In this document: piece after piece, positions 10,661-22,339 of the stretch
Layout: each line of letters opens with the position of its first letter
How positions within the stretch are numbered: position 1 is the stretch's first letter
DNA from: an uncultured Gemmatimonadales bacterium
GTDB taxonomy: Bacteria > Gemmatimonadota > Gemmatimonadetes > Gemmatimonadales > Gemmatimonadaceae
NCBI GenBank assembly: GCA_963793305.1
Contig: CAWBZV010000014.1
Span: 1-64,000, forward strand
Direction of reading: 5' to 3'
Length of the DNA stretch: 64,000 nucleotides
Translations under genes and position numbers: made by a program
Notes under the pieces: model-generated
What the model saw: only the letters and a program-made list of their open reading frames with translations
What the model was told of the DNA's origin: nothing
Database searches by the model: none

Positions 10661-12027
10661 AGTCGCCGGTCTGTTGGTCCTGACCGCGTCGATCCTGCAC
10701 GCGCAAAACAAAGAACAGCCACCGGCGCCGGCCGCGGCGATCGGCTTCACCCTGCCGGGGCTGAATACGACCAGCCTGCCGAACGGCATGAAGGTGACGG
10801 CCTTTCCGCATGGCGATCTGCCTCTGGTGAGGGTCACGCTGATCATCCGCACCGGCGCGATCGATGAAGGCCCGGATCAGGTCTGGCTCTCAAAGCTCAT
10901 GGCCGACATGATGCAGCAGGGGACGACCACGCGACCGGCCGCCGCGCTCGCCGATGCCGTCGCCGGCATGGGTGGCGATCTCACGATCAACGCGGGATTC
11001 GACGACATGTCGATGTCGGGTACGGTGCTCGGCGACTCCGCGGCGGCGTTCGTGCGACTGATCGGTGACGTTGCACGGCATCCGAAGTTTCCCGACTCCG
11101 AATTGGCGCGGCTCATTGGTGACCGGCAGCGCCAACTGGCTATCGCGAAGACGCAGCCACAGCAGATAGCGGCCGAGCGGTACGCGAAGCTCATGTACCC
11201 GGACCATCCGTATGGACGGCTCTTACCGACGAGCCAAACACTCGGATCGTATACGGCGGCGCAGGTGACCGACTTCTATTCGCGCACGGTCGGCGCGGCA
11301 CGAGCGCATTCTCATCGTGGTCGGGAAGTTCGATGCGCTCAAGGTGCAGCAGGCGATCGAGAGGACGTTCACCGATTGGGTGGCGGGCTCGCCCCCGACG
11401 ATCAACGTGCCGTCACCGCACGCCGAGCGGACACTCGTCCTCCTCGACCGGCCCGGCGCCGTGCAATCGACGCTGGACGTTGGTCTCCGGGTCGCTGATC
11501 CGTCGAGCGCCGATTGGATCCCGCTCGTCGCGACCGATGCACTCCTCGGCGGGTCCTTCAACTCGCGCATCACCAGCAACATCCGGGAGCAGAAGGGCTA
11601 CACCTATTCGCCGTTCAGCACGGTCACCTCGCACTACCGGAGCGCGACGTGGACCGAGAGTGCCGATGTCACGACGAGCGCGACCGGCGCCTCGTTGAAG
11701 GAGATCTTCGGTGAAATCGATCGGCTCCGAGCGACGCCGCCGAGTGATGACGAAGTCAAAAGCATTCAACACTATCTGGACGGCGTGTTCGTGCTCCGCA
11801 ACTCGACGCCGGCCGGGTTGACGGGCCAACTCGAGTTCATGGACATCCATGGTCTCGACAACCAGTGGTTCGTGAACTACATCCCCGCCGTGAACCGCGT
11901 GACGCCAACCGATATGCAGAGCATGGCGCAGAAGTACCTCGACCCGTCGAAGATGTCGATTGTCGTCGCCGGCGATAAGAAGGTGGTCGCCGATCAGCTG
12001 ACGCCATACGGCTCGCCTGTCCAGTAG
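10641..12027 (+). CDS. M16 peptidase, non-catalytic partner subunit, frameshift near 11310
   Basis: LPNGM, HPYG, SRITSNIREQKGYTY; no HxxEH; split over ORFs 10641..11498 and 11317..12027. Confidence 0.88.
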
Positions 12028-12983
12028 TGCCATTCACGTTCTCGCTCGCCGACATCGAGGCCGCCCGCGCGCAGATCGCGCCGCACGTCAAACGCACGCC
12101 GCTCGCCCGGAGCGACGTGCTGAGCCGGCGGCTCGGCACGAATGTCTACGTCAAGGCCGAGCTGTTCCAAAAGACCGGATCGTTCAAGGTCCGCGGGGCG
12201 TTCAACAAGATGCTGCGATTGACGCCCGAAGAACGCGCGGCCGGCGTCGCGGCCGTGAGTGGCGGGAATCACGCGCAGGCGGTGGCGTACGTGGCGCAGG
12301 TGCTCGGCATCCGCGCGGTGCTCTTCATGCCCGAGACGACGCCACGGAACTACGTCGACGCAACGCTCGGGTACGGCGCTGAGATCGTGTTCGTGCATGC
12401 GGTCAACGAAGGCTTCGAGTTGCTCGACCAGTATGCCGCGAAGGGATGGGTACCCGTGCATCCCTTCAAGGACGTGCTCGTCATGGCGGGAGCCGGCACC
12501 ACCGGACTCGAGATCGTCGAAGACGTGCCCGACATCACCGACTGCATTGTGAGCATCGGAGGCGGTGGGCTCATCAGCGGCGTCAGCACCGCGATCAAAG
12601 CCTGCGTGCCATCCGCGCGCATCTGGGGCGTCGAGACCGAAGGCGCTGACTGCATGTCCCGGGCGTTGGCCGCGGGAAAACCCGTGATGATGCCCGCGAT
12701 TACCTCGATGGCGAAGACCCTGGGGGCGCCCTCGGCCTCGGACGAGACCCTGGCGATCGTTCAGCGCGACGTCGAGTCCGTGACGGTCGTGAGTGACAAC
12801 GAGGCGCTCGCCGCGCTCAGGTTTCTGCTCGAGCGAACGAAAATGCTGACCGAGCTCGCCGCGTCATGCACGCTTGTTGCCGCTGACCGTCTTCGAGAGC
12901 AGCTCGGGGCCAACGTCGTGCTGCTCCTGTGCGGCGGGAACATGGCGGTGGCCGACCTGTGTCAGGCGCTGGCGACGAGATAA
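12027..12983 (+). CDS. PLP-dependent threonine/serine dehydratase family
   Basis: ELFQKTGSFKVRGA, SGGNHAQ, IGGGGL. Confidence 0.9.
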   Translation: MPFTFSLADIEAARAQIAPHVKRTPLARSDVLSRRLGTNVYVKAELFQKTGSFKVRGAFNKMLRLTPEERAAGVAAVSGGNHAQAVAYVAQVLGIRAVLFMPETTPRNYVDATLGYGAEIVFVHAVNEGFELLDQYAAKGWVPVHPFKDVLVMAGAGTTGLEIVEDVPDITDCIVSIGGGGLISGVSTAIKACVPSARIWGVETEGADCMSRALAAGKPVMMPAITSMAKTLGAPSASDETLAIVQRDVESVTVVSDNEALAALRFLLERTKMLTELAASCTLVAADRLREQLGANVVLLLCGGNMAVADLCQALATR

Positions 12984-13009
12984 TGAAACCGTAGATCGAG
13001 GGCCCCCGT

Positions 13010-13915
13010 ATGGGTGCTATGCGAGCTTTCCCGCTGGTCCTAGCGCTTGCCGCCGCCTCGGCGCAGTCGGCGGGCGCCCAAGTCGATGCCGGTACGTTCG
13101 ATTGGAGTGGCGCGGTGCCCGCCGGCGCTACCCTCCACATTTACAGCGTCGACGGCAACATCCACGTGACCGGGACGAGCAGCGGTCATGCAAAGGTGCA
13201 CGGCGAGCGCACCCACGTCCTGTCCGGTGGGCGGGCTCTGGTGTTCCAGGTCGTCAAGGACGGGGATGACGTTACGATCTGTGCCTTCCACCCGCACGGG
13301 TCCTGCGACGCGAGAGGGGTGCACGGCGAGGAAGGGTACCATGTGGGATTCCCAGGGGAGCCGTCGCCGTCGGTGGATTTCACGGTCGAGCTGCCGGCTG
13401 GGGTCAAGTTCAATGCGTCGAGTGGCGATGGGTCGATCGATGTGCGTGGAGCAGGCGCCGATGTCGCGGTATCGAGCGGCGACGGTGACATCAGCGTGTC
13501 AGGCGCGGCCGGTGATGTCAAAGCGAATTCTGGTGACGGCTCGATCACGATCGAGAATGCCCAACGCGCCGTGACGGCGCATACGGGCGATGGGTCCATC
13601 TCCATCTCGGCCGCGTCCGGGCCCGTCGAGGCCACCAGCGGAGACGGGGACGTGCATCTCCGCATGGCGAAAGTCGTGAATCCCGGCGACATCAATCTCC
13701 ACACTGGCGACGGATCGGTCACCATCTTCGTTGCGTCCGCGTTCGGCGGGGAAATTGATGCGTCGACGAGCGATGGCTCGATAGAGAGCGAGATGCCCCT
13801 CGCGCTCTCCGGACACATGGACCCGCGGCACCTGCGCGGAACCGTCGGATCGGGCGGCGACGTGCGGCTCAACATCCGAACTGGTGACGGCGATATCCGC
13901 ATCAAGCGCGAGTGA
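13010..13915 (+). CDS. Secreted beta-strand repeat protein (DUF4097/adhesin-like)
   Basis: Signal peptide; repeated (S/T)GDG(S/D)(I/V) units. Confidence 0.8.
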   Translation: MGAMRAFPLVLALAAASAQSAGAQVDAGTFDWSGAVPAGATLHIYSVDGNIHVTGTSSGHAKVHGERTHVLSGGRALVFQVVKDGDDVTICAFHPHGSCDARGVHGEEGYHVGFPGEPSPSVDFTVELPAGVKFNASSGDGSIDVRGAGADVAVSSGDGDISVSGAAGDVKANSGDGSITIENAQRAVTAHTGDGSISISAASGPVEATSGDGDVHLRMAKVVNPGDINLHTGDGSVTIFVASAFGGEIDASTSDGSIESEMPLALSGHMDPRHLRGTVGSGGDVRLNIRTGDGDIRIKRE

Positions 13916-13932
13916 GCCGGTAACGGCGAACG

Positions 13933-14682
13933 TTGTCCGACCGACCAGTCTTGCGCGAAGCGCCAAGACGCGCCGCGGAGCGGCGTTTTCTTACTGCGGA
14001 ATGGCGCGACCTCGTGATGATCAATTACGAGGTCGGGCCCGAGATGCTCGCCTCACGAGTCCCAGGCGGGACCGAGCTCGATCTCTGGCATGGGCGCGCG
14101 CTCATCTCCGCGGTCGGCTTTCAGTTTTTGGACACGCGAGTGCGGGGGATCGCGGTCCCATTTCATCGAGACTTCGACGAAGTCAACCTGCGCTTTTATG
14201 TGCAGCGACAGGTTGGCGACGAAATCCGTCACGGGGTTGTGTTCTTGAGCGAGCTCGTCGCGCCCGTGTTCGTCGCGTTGATTGCGCGACTGGCGTACAA
14301 CGAGCCTTACGAGGTGGCGCCCGTGCGGCGCGTGGTCTCGGCCGCAGGACGCTTCGAGTATGCGTGGCGCCGAGGGCGGATCGGCGGAAGCCCCGATGGC
14401 GAGTTCAGCGTGCCGGCACCCGACTCAGAGGCGGCGTTCGTCACCCAGCGTCACTGGGGATACACGCGTCAGCGCAACGGATCGACGGTCGAATATCACG
14501 TAGCCCATCCCCTGTGGCGCGTCTGTCGAGCGCGCGACGCGATATTCGAGACCGACGTGCCGAGCATTGTTGCCGCGCGAGGTCCGATTTCGGCGTATCT
14601 CGTTGACGGCTCCGCCGTCCAGGTCTCCGAGCCCCGCCACGACTTGGTGGCTCGACGTGCAGGTGATGGTCAGGATCACTGA
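13933..14682 (+). CDS. DUF2071/YqjF family protein
   Basis: FLTAEWR.L..INY, EVNLRFYV, WGYT, EYHVAHPLW. Confidence 0.8.
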   Translation: MSDRPVLREAPRRAAERRFLTAEWRDLVMINYEVGPEMLASRVPGGTELDLWHGRALISAVGFQFLDTRVRGIAVPFHRDFDEVNLRFYVQRQVGDEIRHGVVFLSELVAPVFVALIARLAYNEPYEVAPVRRVVSAAGRFEYAWRRGRIGGSPDGEFSVPAPDSEAAFVTQRHWGYTRQRNGSTVEYHVAHPLWRVCRARDAIFETDVPSIVAARGPISAYLVDGSAVQVSEPRHDLVARRAGDGQDH

Positions 14683-15000
14683 CGCCGTCGTTTGCGGCGA
14701 CTCGAGATAGAAGTTGTACGCGGGTTGGGTGTCGCAGTCGGCCGGAAGGCTCTCGACCTGGACCACGCCGGTGCCCAGCGGAACATTGTCGAGCTCAAAT
14801 GAGCCGGTGCTCGTGGTGCGCAATACCGTCGAGTCGCCCGTCGGCGGGTAGACGACGACGCGGATGTTGGCGAGCGCGCCGCCGACCGAGCTCGAAAGAC
14901 TGCCTTTGAGCGTTCCGGTGAAGGGGCCAGTCGAATTGTTCGCATCGCAAGCGGCCACGATCGCGAGAATGCCCAGCGCAAATGGAAGACACCGATTCAT
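14425..15000 (-). CDS. Lipoprotein with carboxypeptidase-regulatory-like beta sandwich; true 3' end uncertain
   Basis: MNRCLPFALGILAIVAAC lipobox; GTLKG...TTSTGSFELDNVPLG. The open frame overlaps DUF2071 by 258 nt. Confidence 0.65.
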   Translation of the reverse strand: MNRCLPFALGILAIVAACDANNSTGPFTGTLKGSLSSSVGGALANIRVVVYPPTGDSTVLRTTSTGSFELDNVPLGTGVVQVESLPADCDTQPAYNFYLESPQTTASVILTITCTSSHQVVAGLGDLDGGAVNEIRRNRTSRGNNARHVGLEYRVARSTDAPQGMGYVIFDRRSVALTRVSPVTLGDERRL

Positions 15001-15010
15001 ACGCGCCAAC

Positions 15011-15601
15011 CTATGCCGGTGCACGTCCCTCGTCCACTACTTGGTGCACGCCCGCGAGCCGCCCGGTCCAGCCCGATATGAGGATCCAGGTCGAGCCCCA
15101 GAGAAGCGAGCCAAGCATGCCGCCGAGCATCTCCGCCCCAATGAAGAAGCCGACGATGAGCAACGCGGTGTTGGCGCTCTTCGGTAGCGGCGCGGGTTGG
15201 ATGTTGGCGCCCGGCAGAAAGCGGAGAATGCGCGGCGTCGGCTGGGGGCGCGGTTTCACAGTATCGGCCGCGGTGAGGATGCTCTCCCAAACGGTCTTAC
15301 CGCCCTTTGCCTCCGGCTGTACGACCAACGCCGCGAAGGCCGCCGCGACGATGATCGTCATCGTGATCACCGCCGTGAGGTAGCTCTGGAAGAGCGTCAA
15401 GGGGCGGCCCTTCCGGCGCCGATTGCAATGCGCGATGCCGAGGACGGCCAGCACGACCAGCCCCGTGCCGACCGTGGCGACCGTCATCGTAACGACGCAA
15501 ACGAGACCGGTCACGACCGCGATTCCGCGGAGAATCCAGCTCGCCACGCCCGTGGTCGCCACGCTCCAAGCTGGGCCCGTGGGCGGCATGCCGTCAATCA
15601 T
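15011..15601 (-). CDS. Hypothetical membrane protein
   Basis: Several hydrophobic segments; start uncertain (15601 or 15589). Confidence 0.6.
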   Translation of the reverse strand: MIDGMPPTGPAWSVATTGVASWILRGIAVVTGLVCVVTMTVATVGTGLVVLAVLGIAHCNRRRKGRPLTLFQSYLTAVITMTIIVAAAFAALVVQPEAKGGKTVWESILTAADTVKPRPQPTPRILRFLPGANIQPAPLPKSANTALLIVGFFIGAEMLGGMLGSLLWGSTWILISGWTGRLAGVHQVVDEGRAPA

Positions 15602-15614
15602 GTATTTTTGGCGC

Positions 15615-16700
15615 ATGGGCCAAACGACGATGACCACGAGCCTCGAGCAGTATCTCGGAGCAGAGGCCGATGCGCTGCTCGGCTACTCTACGGCGAAGAT
15701 TCCAAAGGAGATGCTCCACCTGCCAGGTCCGGACTTCGTGGACCGGGTCTACACGCAGTCCGACCGGTCCATTCAGGTGCTCCGGAATCTGCGCGCCATG
15801 TTCAATACCGGACGGCTGGCGGGCACCGGCTACCTCTCGATCCTCCCCGTCGACCAAGGCATCGAGCACTCCGCTGGCGCATCATTCGCCAAGAATCCCC
15901 AGTACTTCGATCCCGAGAACATCGTCAAGCTGGCGATCGAGGGCCAGTGCAATGCCGTGGCATCGACCATCGGCGTGCTGGGATCCGTGGGGCGCAAGTA
16001 CGCGCACAAGATCCCGTTCATCGTCAAGCTCAATCACAATGAGTTGCTGACCGCGCCGAATAAGTTCGATCAGATCCTGTTCGGGACCGTCAAGCAGGCG
16101 TGGGACATGGGAGCCGCCGCGGTCGGCGCGACGATTTACTTCGGGTCGCCCGAGTCCGACCGGCAGATCACCGAGATCAGCCACGCGTTCCAGCAGGCCC
16201 ACGAGTGCGGGTTGGCCACGGTCCTCTGGTGCTATCTGCGCAACCCACTGTTCGAGATCGACGGCACAGACTATCAACTGTCCGCCGATCTCACGGGACA
16301 AGCAAACCACCTCGGCGTCACGATCGAGGCCGATATCATCAAGCAGAAGCTGGCGGCCAACAACAACGGGTACGGCGCCGTCGCCAAGGTTCTCGGCAAG
16401 TCGTATGGCAAAACTGATAAGCGGGTCTACACGGATCTCACGTCTGATAACCCGATCGATCTGTGCCGGTATCAGGTCGCTTGCTGCTATATGGGCCGCG
16501 CCGGACTGATCAACTCCGGTGGCGCCTCCGGGGACAATGACTTCGCCGATGCCGCCAAGACCGCGGTGATCAACAAGAGAGCCGGTGGCACCGGGTTGAT
16601 CACGGGACGAAAGGCGTTCCAGCGGCCGATGAAAGACGGCGTGAAGCTCCTACACCTCGTGCAGGACGTCTACCTCGACGAGTCGATCACGGTAGCGTAG
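15615..16700 (+). CDS. fbaB: Class I fructose-bisphosphate aldolase (FbaB/DhnA)
   Basis: [41 protein letters not shown]. Start at 15615 or 15630. Confidence 0.95.
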   Translation: MGQTTMTTSLEQYLGAEADALLGYSTAKIPKEMLHLPGPDFVDRVYTQSDRSIQVLRNLRAMFNTGRLAGTGYLSILPVDQGIEHSAGASFAKNPQYFDPENIVKLAIEGQCNAVASTIGVLGSVGRKYAHKIPFIVKLNHNELLTAPNKFDQILFGTVKQAWDMGAAAVGATIYFGSPESDRQITEISHAFQQAHECGLATVLWCYLRNPLFEIDGTDYQLSADLTGQANHLGVTIEADIIKQKLAANNNGYGAVAKVLGKSYGKTDKRVYTDLTSDNPIDLCRYQVACCYMGRAGLINSGGASGDNDFADAAKTAVINKRAGGTGLITGRKAFQRPMKDGVKLLHLVQDVYLDESITVA

Positions 16701-18704
16701 CACGAACCAGAAGGTTGTCCCGGCGTCGGGATCCGACTCGACGCCGATCGTGCCTTCGTGCTGCTCGACGATGGCCTTCGCGATCGCCAGCCCGAGGCCG
16801 GTCCCGCCGTGGCGGCGCCGATCGGATCCATCCAGCTGCTGAAAGCGGCCGAACAGGCGCGGCATATCGTGGGGCGCGATACCAGGACCGGGATTGTGCA
16901 CCGCGAACCGCACGCCGTGCTCGACCCCGGTGATCGAGACCGTCACGGTCGCGGCCGCGGGTGAGAACTTGATCGCGTTCGACACCAGGTTCGTGAGCAC
17001 CTGAATCAGCCGGTCGCGATCGCCGGTCACCGGGGGCACGGGCGAGAGATCCTCGACCAAGGCGATCGCGCGTTGGTCAGCCATGGGGCGCAGCTCATCG
17101 AGGGCCGCGCCGACGACCTCCGCCGGCTCGAGCGGGACCGCGCGGAGGGCGAGCTTGCCCGCCTCGATCTTGTCCAGGTCCAACATGTCGTTCAGCAAGC
17201 GCACGAGGCGGTCGCAGTTGTTGCGCGCGATACGCAGCAAATTGAGCGCCTTCGGCGGAAGGTTCGTGACCCCTCCGCCTTCGAGCAGGCCCAAGGACCC
17301 ACGAATCGCGGTGAGCGGCGTGCGCAACTCGTGGGAGACCGTCGACACGAACTCGCTCTTGACGCGGTCCAGGTGCTTCCAACCGCTGATGTCCCGCATG
17401 ATGGTCGCGACCGATCGATCGCCCTGAGGGGAGGTATGCGCGACGATCACCTGCGACACCGGCACCTCTTGTCCGTCGCGCGTCCGCACCACGGACTCGC
17501 CTTCCCAGACGCCATCTTTCTTGGGTGGGATCGTCGCCGTGATGTCACGCAACGACATCTCGCGCACCGACTCGGTGTCGGCGAGGCCGATCATCCGCCG
17601 ACCCGCGGGATTGATGTAGGCCATCTCGCCGGTGTCGTTGGCCACGCCCACGAAGTCGGTGGTGGCGTCGAGGAGGGCGACGAGTCGGGCCTGTCCGGCG
17701 CGCTCGCCGCGTTCGGTCAACAGTCGTGCGTTTTGTCGCGCCGAGACGAGTCCGCGGGCGGTGAGCAGCACCGTGACCGGCGCGGCCGCCACGATGAGAT
17801 CACTCAATGCCGAGCCGCGGGCGCGCACGGCGGCGGTCAACAGCAGGAGGTACACGAAGCCGGCGGCCACGTACGGCAACGGGCTGCCGAGTTGATAGCG
17901 GGAGAGGCCCGTCGCCGTCTCACCCCCGTCGCGCCGGGTGAGCGACTCGCGCGCATAGAGCTCGCCGCTCGCGATCGTGAGCACGGCGGTGATGAAATAG
18001 AGCGAATCCGGCAGCATCGCATTGAGCGTTCCGGTCGCCGGCAGCAGCACGCTGCCGATGAGATCCGCGGAAATACCCGAGAACTGCGCGAGCACGAGAA
18101 ACAGGAACGCGATCGGGGGCCCCTCCGCGGTGCGACGCAAGACGAGTGTCGTGAGGCCGAAGAGGAGCACGAGGTCGCCGATCGGAAACGCGAACGCCAC
18201 GAACACGGCGCGCGGATCCATCGGCGTCGACGCCGTGGGATGCAACACGAAGTACCAGACCACGACGGCGCCGCCGAGAACGACCGTCGCGGCGTCCAGC
18301 GCGAATTTCCACCACTCCAACCGGGCGCGCCGCGCGTGCGGAAGGCTGAGCAGGGCGCCCAGCATGAGCGGGTAGTAGAGCAGGAAGATCCCGATCGGCC
18401 AGGCGAGCGAGAAGTCGCGATGCTGGACGAATTGGACGACGAGATCGCCGCACTGCCCGAGGAACACCGCCGCCGTGGCGCCGCCGGCGAGCCAGAGCGC
18501 GCGGCGCAAGCGCACGTCGAAATCCCGCCGGCGTGCCGCGATCCAGTAGAGCCACGCCGAGCCGAAATTCAGCGGCAGGGACGCCACGGGCGACGCCACC
18601 GCGCCGAGATGCGCGATGAGGCTCGAATGCGTGGCGGTCAACACGATATACGCCACGACATAGCAGGCGGCGACGACCGCCCATGGTGTACGGCGTACGA
18701 CCAT
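16650..18704 (-). CDS. Membrane sensor histidine kinase (multi-TM, PAS, HisKA, HATPase)
   Basis: [33 protein letters not shown]. Confidence 0.92.
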   Translation of the reverse strand: MVVRRTPWAVVAACYVVAYIVLTATHSSLIAHLGAVASPVASLPLNFGSAWLYWIAARRRDFDVRLRRALWLAGGATAAVFLGQCGDLVVQFVQHRDFSLAWPIGIFLLYYPLMLGALLSLPHARRARLEWWKFALDAATVVLGGAVVVWYFVLHPTASTPMDPRAVFVAFAFPIGDLVLLFGLTTLVLRRTAEGPPIAFLFLVLAQFSGISADLIGSVLLPATGTLNAMLPDSLYFITAVLTIASGELYARESLTRRDGGETATGLSRYQLGSPLPYVAAGFVYLLLLTAAVRARGSALSDLIVAAAPVTVLLTARGLVSARQNARLLTERGERAGQARLVALLDATTDFVGVANDTGEMAYINPAGRRMIGLADTESVREMSLRDITATIPPKKDGVWEGESVVRTRDGQEVPVSQVIVAHTSPQGDRSVATIMRDISGWKHLDRVKSEFVSTVSHELRTPLTAIRGSLGLLEGGGVTNLPPKALNLLRIARNNCDRLVRLLNDMLDLDKIEAGKLALRAVPLEPAEVVGAALDELRPMADQRAIALVEDLSPVPPVTGDRDRLIQVLTNLVSNAIKFSPAAATVTVSITGVEHGVRFAVHNPGPGIAPHDMPRLFGRFQQLDGSDRRRHGGTGLGLAIAKAIVEQHEGTIGVESDPDAGTTFWFVLRYRDRLVEVDVLHEV

Positions 18705-18750
18705 TATTCTGTGACGACGAGCCAGGGGTCCGGGTGAAACCGAACCTAAT

Positions 18751-19281
18751 TTAGTGCAAGCGACGGAATTCCAAGGTGTAGTCGAGGGGCCCTGGCAGGT
18801 GCTCGGCCTCGAGCACGACGTGCAGCTCCATGCGCTCGCCGCCGTCCAAGAAGATGAAATCGTCGTTCCGATGCCCGTCGCTGGCCGTGATAACCTGGTG
18901 CAGCGTATCGCCGGCGAAGACGCTGCTCACGTAGTACGTCTCCTTTGAGACGCCGCTTTTCCAGGGGGCTTTCGTCCCATCGCGCGCCGTGACGATCGGC
19001 GGGTGGCCGTCGAAAGTGACCACGAGCGAGTCGTCCCGCATGAGAATCGTCAAATGTGCCGGCGGACGGTTTGTGCGGAGGAGCCGGTGCCTCGCGATCG
19101 GGCGGATGATCCAGCTCATGGCGCGGATCGTGCGCTCGATTGCGGCTTGGACGTTGTCGCAGCGCCCTGTATCGAGCTCGAAGACGAGCGTGCCCGTGTC
19201 GGGTGTCGCTTGCGCACGCAGCGATGGGGGAGCGGCCGCGAAGAGAGTGGCGAAGACGAGCAGTTCGAGGGCGGGCGTGAT
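18751..19281 (-). CDS. Secreted hypothetical protein; the frame extends 5' of the called ATG
   Basis: The frame of 18751..19119 stays open to 19332 and encodes signal-like ITPALELLVFATLFAAAPPSLRA-Q; GGAG precedes an ATC at 19281. Confidence 0.6.
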   Translation of the reverse strand: MTPALELLVFATLFAAAPPSLRAQATPDTGTLVFELDTGRCDNVQAAIERTIRAMSWIIRPIARHRLLRTNRPPAHLTILMRDDSLVVTFDGHPPIVTARDGTKAPWKSGVSKETYYVSSVFAGDTLHQVITASDGHRNDDFIFLDGGERMELHVVLEAEHLPGPLDYTLEFRRLH

Positions 19282-19430
19282 GACGAGCTCCGGGAACTGG
19301 TTGCGATGGAATACAAACAGGGCGTTGCGTGATCAACCCGTCATAGCGAGTTGATGCCCGATCGAGACCCGTGTGTGACGCGCTGCCATTTTGAGACGCC
19401 GACCCGCCACAATCGTCTGTGGGCGTAGCA

Positions 19431-19462
19431 CGTTCACCCCGCACGCTCGGTCGATCACCCCG
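19431..19462 (+). promoter_or_regulatory. Direct repeat with 21-bp period, candidate LytTR site
   Basis: CGTTCACCCCG (19431) and CGATCACCCCG (19452), upstream of TAGGTT and the MCP ATG. Confidence 0.45.
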
Positions 19463-19504
19463 TGGTCGTGGTGGGGGGCAACCCCCTCGCGATAGGTTCG
19501 CACT

Positions 19505-20893
19505 ATGACACCATCGTGGACCGGTGTCCCGTACGATCCCTCTCGCCTCTATCTGACGCTGGCCGTGATGGCGGTGGTGATAGCGGCGGCAGTGCTTATC
19601 GTCCGGCGCCGTTTCCGCGACCGCCTGCTCGCGGAGATCGCGTCCACCCTCGGCGTGTTCCTGCTGATCATCGGCGCGGTCGTGTATTCCGTGGCATTCC
19701 GCGGCCTGCGTCCGCTCGAGTTGGTCCTCGCCTGGGCCATCTCGCTGCCTGCCATTGTCTGGTTCGTGTGGCGAGTGAACGAGATCATGACCCGACCCCT
19801 GGGCCAGCTCGAGGCCTTAGCCGAGTCTATCCGGAAAGGGGAATGGTCGACGCTCCTGACGCAGAATGGCACCGATGGCGTGACGTCGGCCCTCCATGAC
19901 GTGGCGTCGCTCGTCGCTCAGACCCAGCAGACCGCGCAGGCCGTGTTGGCGGCCGCGGCCGAGGTCTCCCGAATTGGTGGCGTAGTGGCCGATGGCGCGG
20001 AGCAGGTGACGGCGTCGCTCGCCCGCCTGACGGCAGGCGCCCACGAGAATACGATGGCCGCCCGTCGCATCGGGGGAACCGCCGAGCGGCTCACGGCGGC
20101 CGCGGCGGGCGTCGGCGGGGCGGCGCGAGAGACCCTGGAGATCTCCGACGCGGTGCGCCAGCGGACCGTCGACGGGGTCGCCAGCGCGGATGGCGCGACG
20201 ACCCGCGTCGCGGACATAGCGGCCGTCTCCCGGGACGCCGTGGGGCGTCTGGCCGGCTTACGGACGGCCGCCACGTCCGCCAACGAGTTGATCGATGAGA
20301 TCGGAGGGATCGCCCGGCAGACGAACCTCCTGGCGCTGAATGCGGCGATCGAGGCCGCGCGGGCGGGCGAGCAGGGCAAGGGGTTCGCGGTCGTGGCCGA
20401 CGAGGTCCGTCTACTGGCCCGGCGCAGCGCCGACGCTCTGACGGCCATCCAGGGGCTCCTGGCGCAGATTGGATCGCGGGCCGACGAGTTGGACCTGCAT
20501 ATGGCCCATGCCCGTGAGGCCGCCGAGGGCGGAGAACAGGTCATGCGCAATGCGCTGACGGTGTTCCACGACATCGAGATCCGGGTCGAGCGGACGGTCG
20601 CGCTCGCGCAGTCGGTCGTCACCGCGGCCGCGCAGGCCGAATCCTTGGTTGGAGATCTCGGCACGGCGACGACCCTCGTGGTGCGGGTGGCCGAGGGCAC
20701 GGCGGCCGAGACGGCGCAGGTGGCGACGGCGACGGCGCGGCAGCGGGAGCTGACCGACCACCTCCGGACGACCGCGGCGGCGCTGGAGCGGTCGGCGGCA
20801 TCACTCGGGGAGGTCGTGGAGCGGTTCGGCGTGTCGACGAACGGCAATGGCCATGCGCCGATCGTGGAGTACGAGCTCGTCGGCGTCGCATAA
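19505..20893 (+). CDS. Methyl-accepting chemotaxis protein
   Basis: [34 protein letters not shown]; three N-terminal TMs. Confidence 0.92.
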   Translation: MTPSWTGVPYDPSRLYLTLAVMAVVIAAAVLIVRRRFRDRLLAEIASTLGVFLLIIGAVVYSVAFRGLRPLELVLAWAISLPAIVWFVWRVNEIMTRPLGQLEALAESIRKGEWSTLLTQNGTDGVTSALHDVASLVAQTQQTAQAVLAAAAEVSRIGGVVADGAEQVTASLARLTAGAHENTMAARRIGGTAERLTAAAAGVGGAARETLEISDAVRQRTVDGVASADGATTRVADIAAVSRDAVGRLAGLRTAATSANELIDEIGGIARQTNLLALNAAIEAARAGEQGKGFAVVADEVRLLARRSADALTAIQGLLAQIGSRADELDLHMAHAREAAEGGEQVMRNALTVFHDIEIRVERTVALAQSVVTAAAQAESLVGDLGTATTLVVRVAEGTAAETAQVATATARQRELTDHLRTTAAALERSAASLGEVVERFGVSTNGNGHAPIVEYELVGVA

Positions 20894-20925
20894 AAAACGA
20901 CGGCGACTCCGAAGAGCCGCCGTCG
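20892..20925 (-). terminator. Intrinsic terminator of susCD, possibly bidirectional
   Basis: CGACGGCG..CTC-cgaa-GAG..CGCCGTCG hairpin with A6 on +, i.e. a U-tract on -. Confidence 0.75.
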
Positions 20926-20952
20926 AGGTTGAGGTACGAAATTGCTACGGAC

Positions 20953-22335
20953 CTACGGCTTCGTATCGTCGCAGGTTTTGTAGTTCGGATTCGCCAGCTC
21001 GGTGACCGGTATCGGCAGCGTAATCTCCGGGCCGTAGGCGCCGCCCTTCGGATACGATCCGTTCGGGTACACCTGATTGGCGGTCATGCCATACTGCGTG
21101 ATCTCTCGACGCATATCGCCAAGGCGGTGCGCCGTGAGCCAGAGGCCGAAGGCGCGTTCTTCGAACAGGAACTGCACCGCGGTCATGCTCCCCGGCACGC
21201 CCGAGGCGGCCGTCACGCTTACTCCCAAATCGGTCGCCGCATCGGCGCGCGCCTGGTTGATCTTGGTCAGGAACAGGCCGTTGTTGCCCGCTTTCAGGGC
21301 CGCTTCGGCCTCGATCAGTCGGGCTTCGATGTCCGTGGCGATCGGAATCGATGCGGAGCGGCTCGTGTACTTGTGCTGGTTGAACAGCTCCGTCACGTGG
21401 TCGAACCCTAAGACGCCTGAGTCGACCCATTGCACGCGCGGATCGTTCGCCGTCCGGTAGGGCAGGCCGACAATACCTTCGCCGTCGGCGACGCTGAACC
21501 GGCCTTCGTTCTGGTCATACTCCCACACCCCGTTGTTCACACGCGAGGGTGATGCGGCGTACCCCTGATTAAACACAAAGCCGTCCGGCACGGCGGCTAC
21601 CGCGAGCGCGGCGTCGGCAAAATCACCCGAGTCGATCAGCATCCGGCCCTTCACGACCGACGCGAACGCGATCTCTTGATGAATCAACGCGTGGCCGTTG
21701 ACCGTATCCGCCCTGACGGTGTCACTGGTGAGCGCCGTGTTGAGAATCGCCAGCGCCGAGTCGAGCCGCGTGCGCCCATCGTGCCACACTTGCGCGGTCG
21801 GCTCCAGCGGACCGTAGGTGACCGCACCGTTCGAGGTAATCTGACTGAACGGAATGCCACTGCAGTACGCTTCGCCAGCTTCCGTGTAGGTGAGTCCGAC
21901 GAAGGTCAGCGCCTCGGCCTCCAGCGCTGTGCCCGGTCGGAGTGACTGATACTGCCGTGCGGCGAATTCGGCGGTCGCCCGCGCGCGCTGCAAGCGGCTG
22001 AAGATGCTGCCGAGTTGGGCGTTGTCCGTCGTGGTCTGACGGATGTCGATCTGGTTCCGGGTCGGGAAGGTATCCGACGAGTGGAATTCGTCACCCAGCA
22101 ATCCGGTCTGCTGAACGAAGCCCTCATCGTCCCCGCCGTCACCGCCGTACGAGTATCCGAAGTCGGCGTACACCGCGGCGGTCACTGTTGCCAAGGCCGC
22201 CGGGTTGCTCAACGCGCTTGGCTGCACAACGTCAGGCGCGGTCACACGCAACGTACGATTATCGCAGGCGATCAATCCCAGGCCAAGGGCCAGAGCGGCG
22301 CCGCCCGCAATGATATGAGTCAATTGGCGTCGCAT
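20953..22335 (-). CDS. SusD/RagB-like lipoprotein
   Basis: LIAC lipobox, EARLIEAEA, ERAFGLWLTAHRLGDMRR, PIP..E..NPN; follows SusC. Confidence 0.9.
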   Translation of the reverse strand: MRRQLTHIIAGGAALALGLGLIACDNRTLRVTAPDVVQPSALSNPAALATVTAAVYADFGYSYGGDGGDDEGFVQQTGLLGDEFHSSDTFPTRNQIDIRQTTTDNAQLGSIFSRLQRARATAEFAARQYQSLRPGTALEAEALTFVGLTYTEAGEAYCSGIPFSQITSNGAVTYGPLEPTAQVWHDGRTRLDSALAILNTALTSDTVRADTVNGHALIHQEIAFASVVKGRMLIDSGDFADAALAVAAVPDGFVFNQGYAASPSRVNNGVWEYDQNEGRFSVADGEGIVGLPYRTANDPRVQWVDSGVLGFDHVTELFNQHKYTSRSASIPIATDIEARLIEAEAALKAGNNGLFLTKINQARADAATDLGVSVTAASGVPGSMTAVQFLFEERAFGLWLTAHRLGDMRREITQYGMTANQVYPNGSYPKGGAYGPEITLPIPVTELANPNYKTCDDTKP

Positions 22336-22339
22336 GGTC

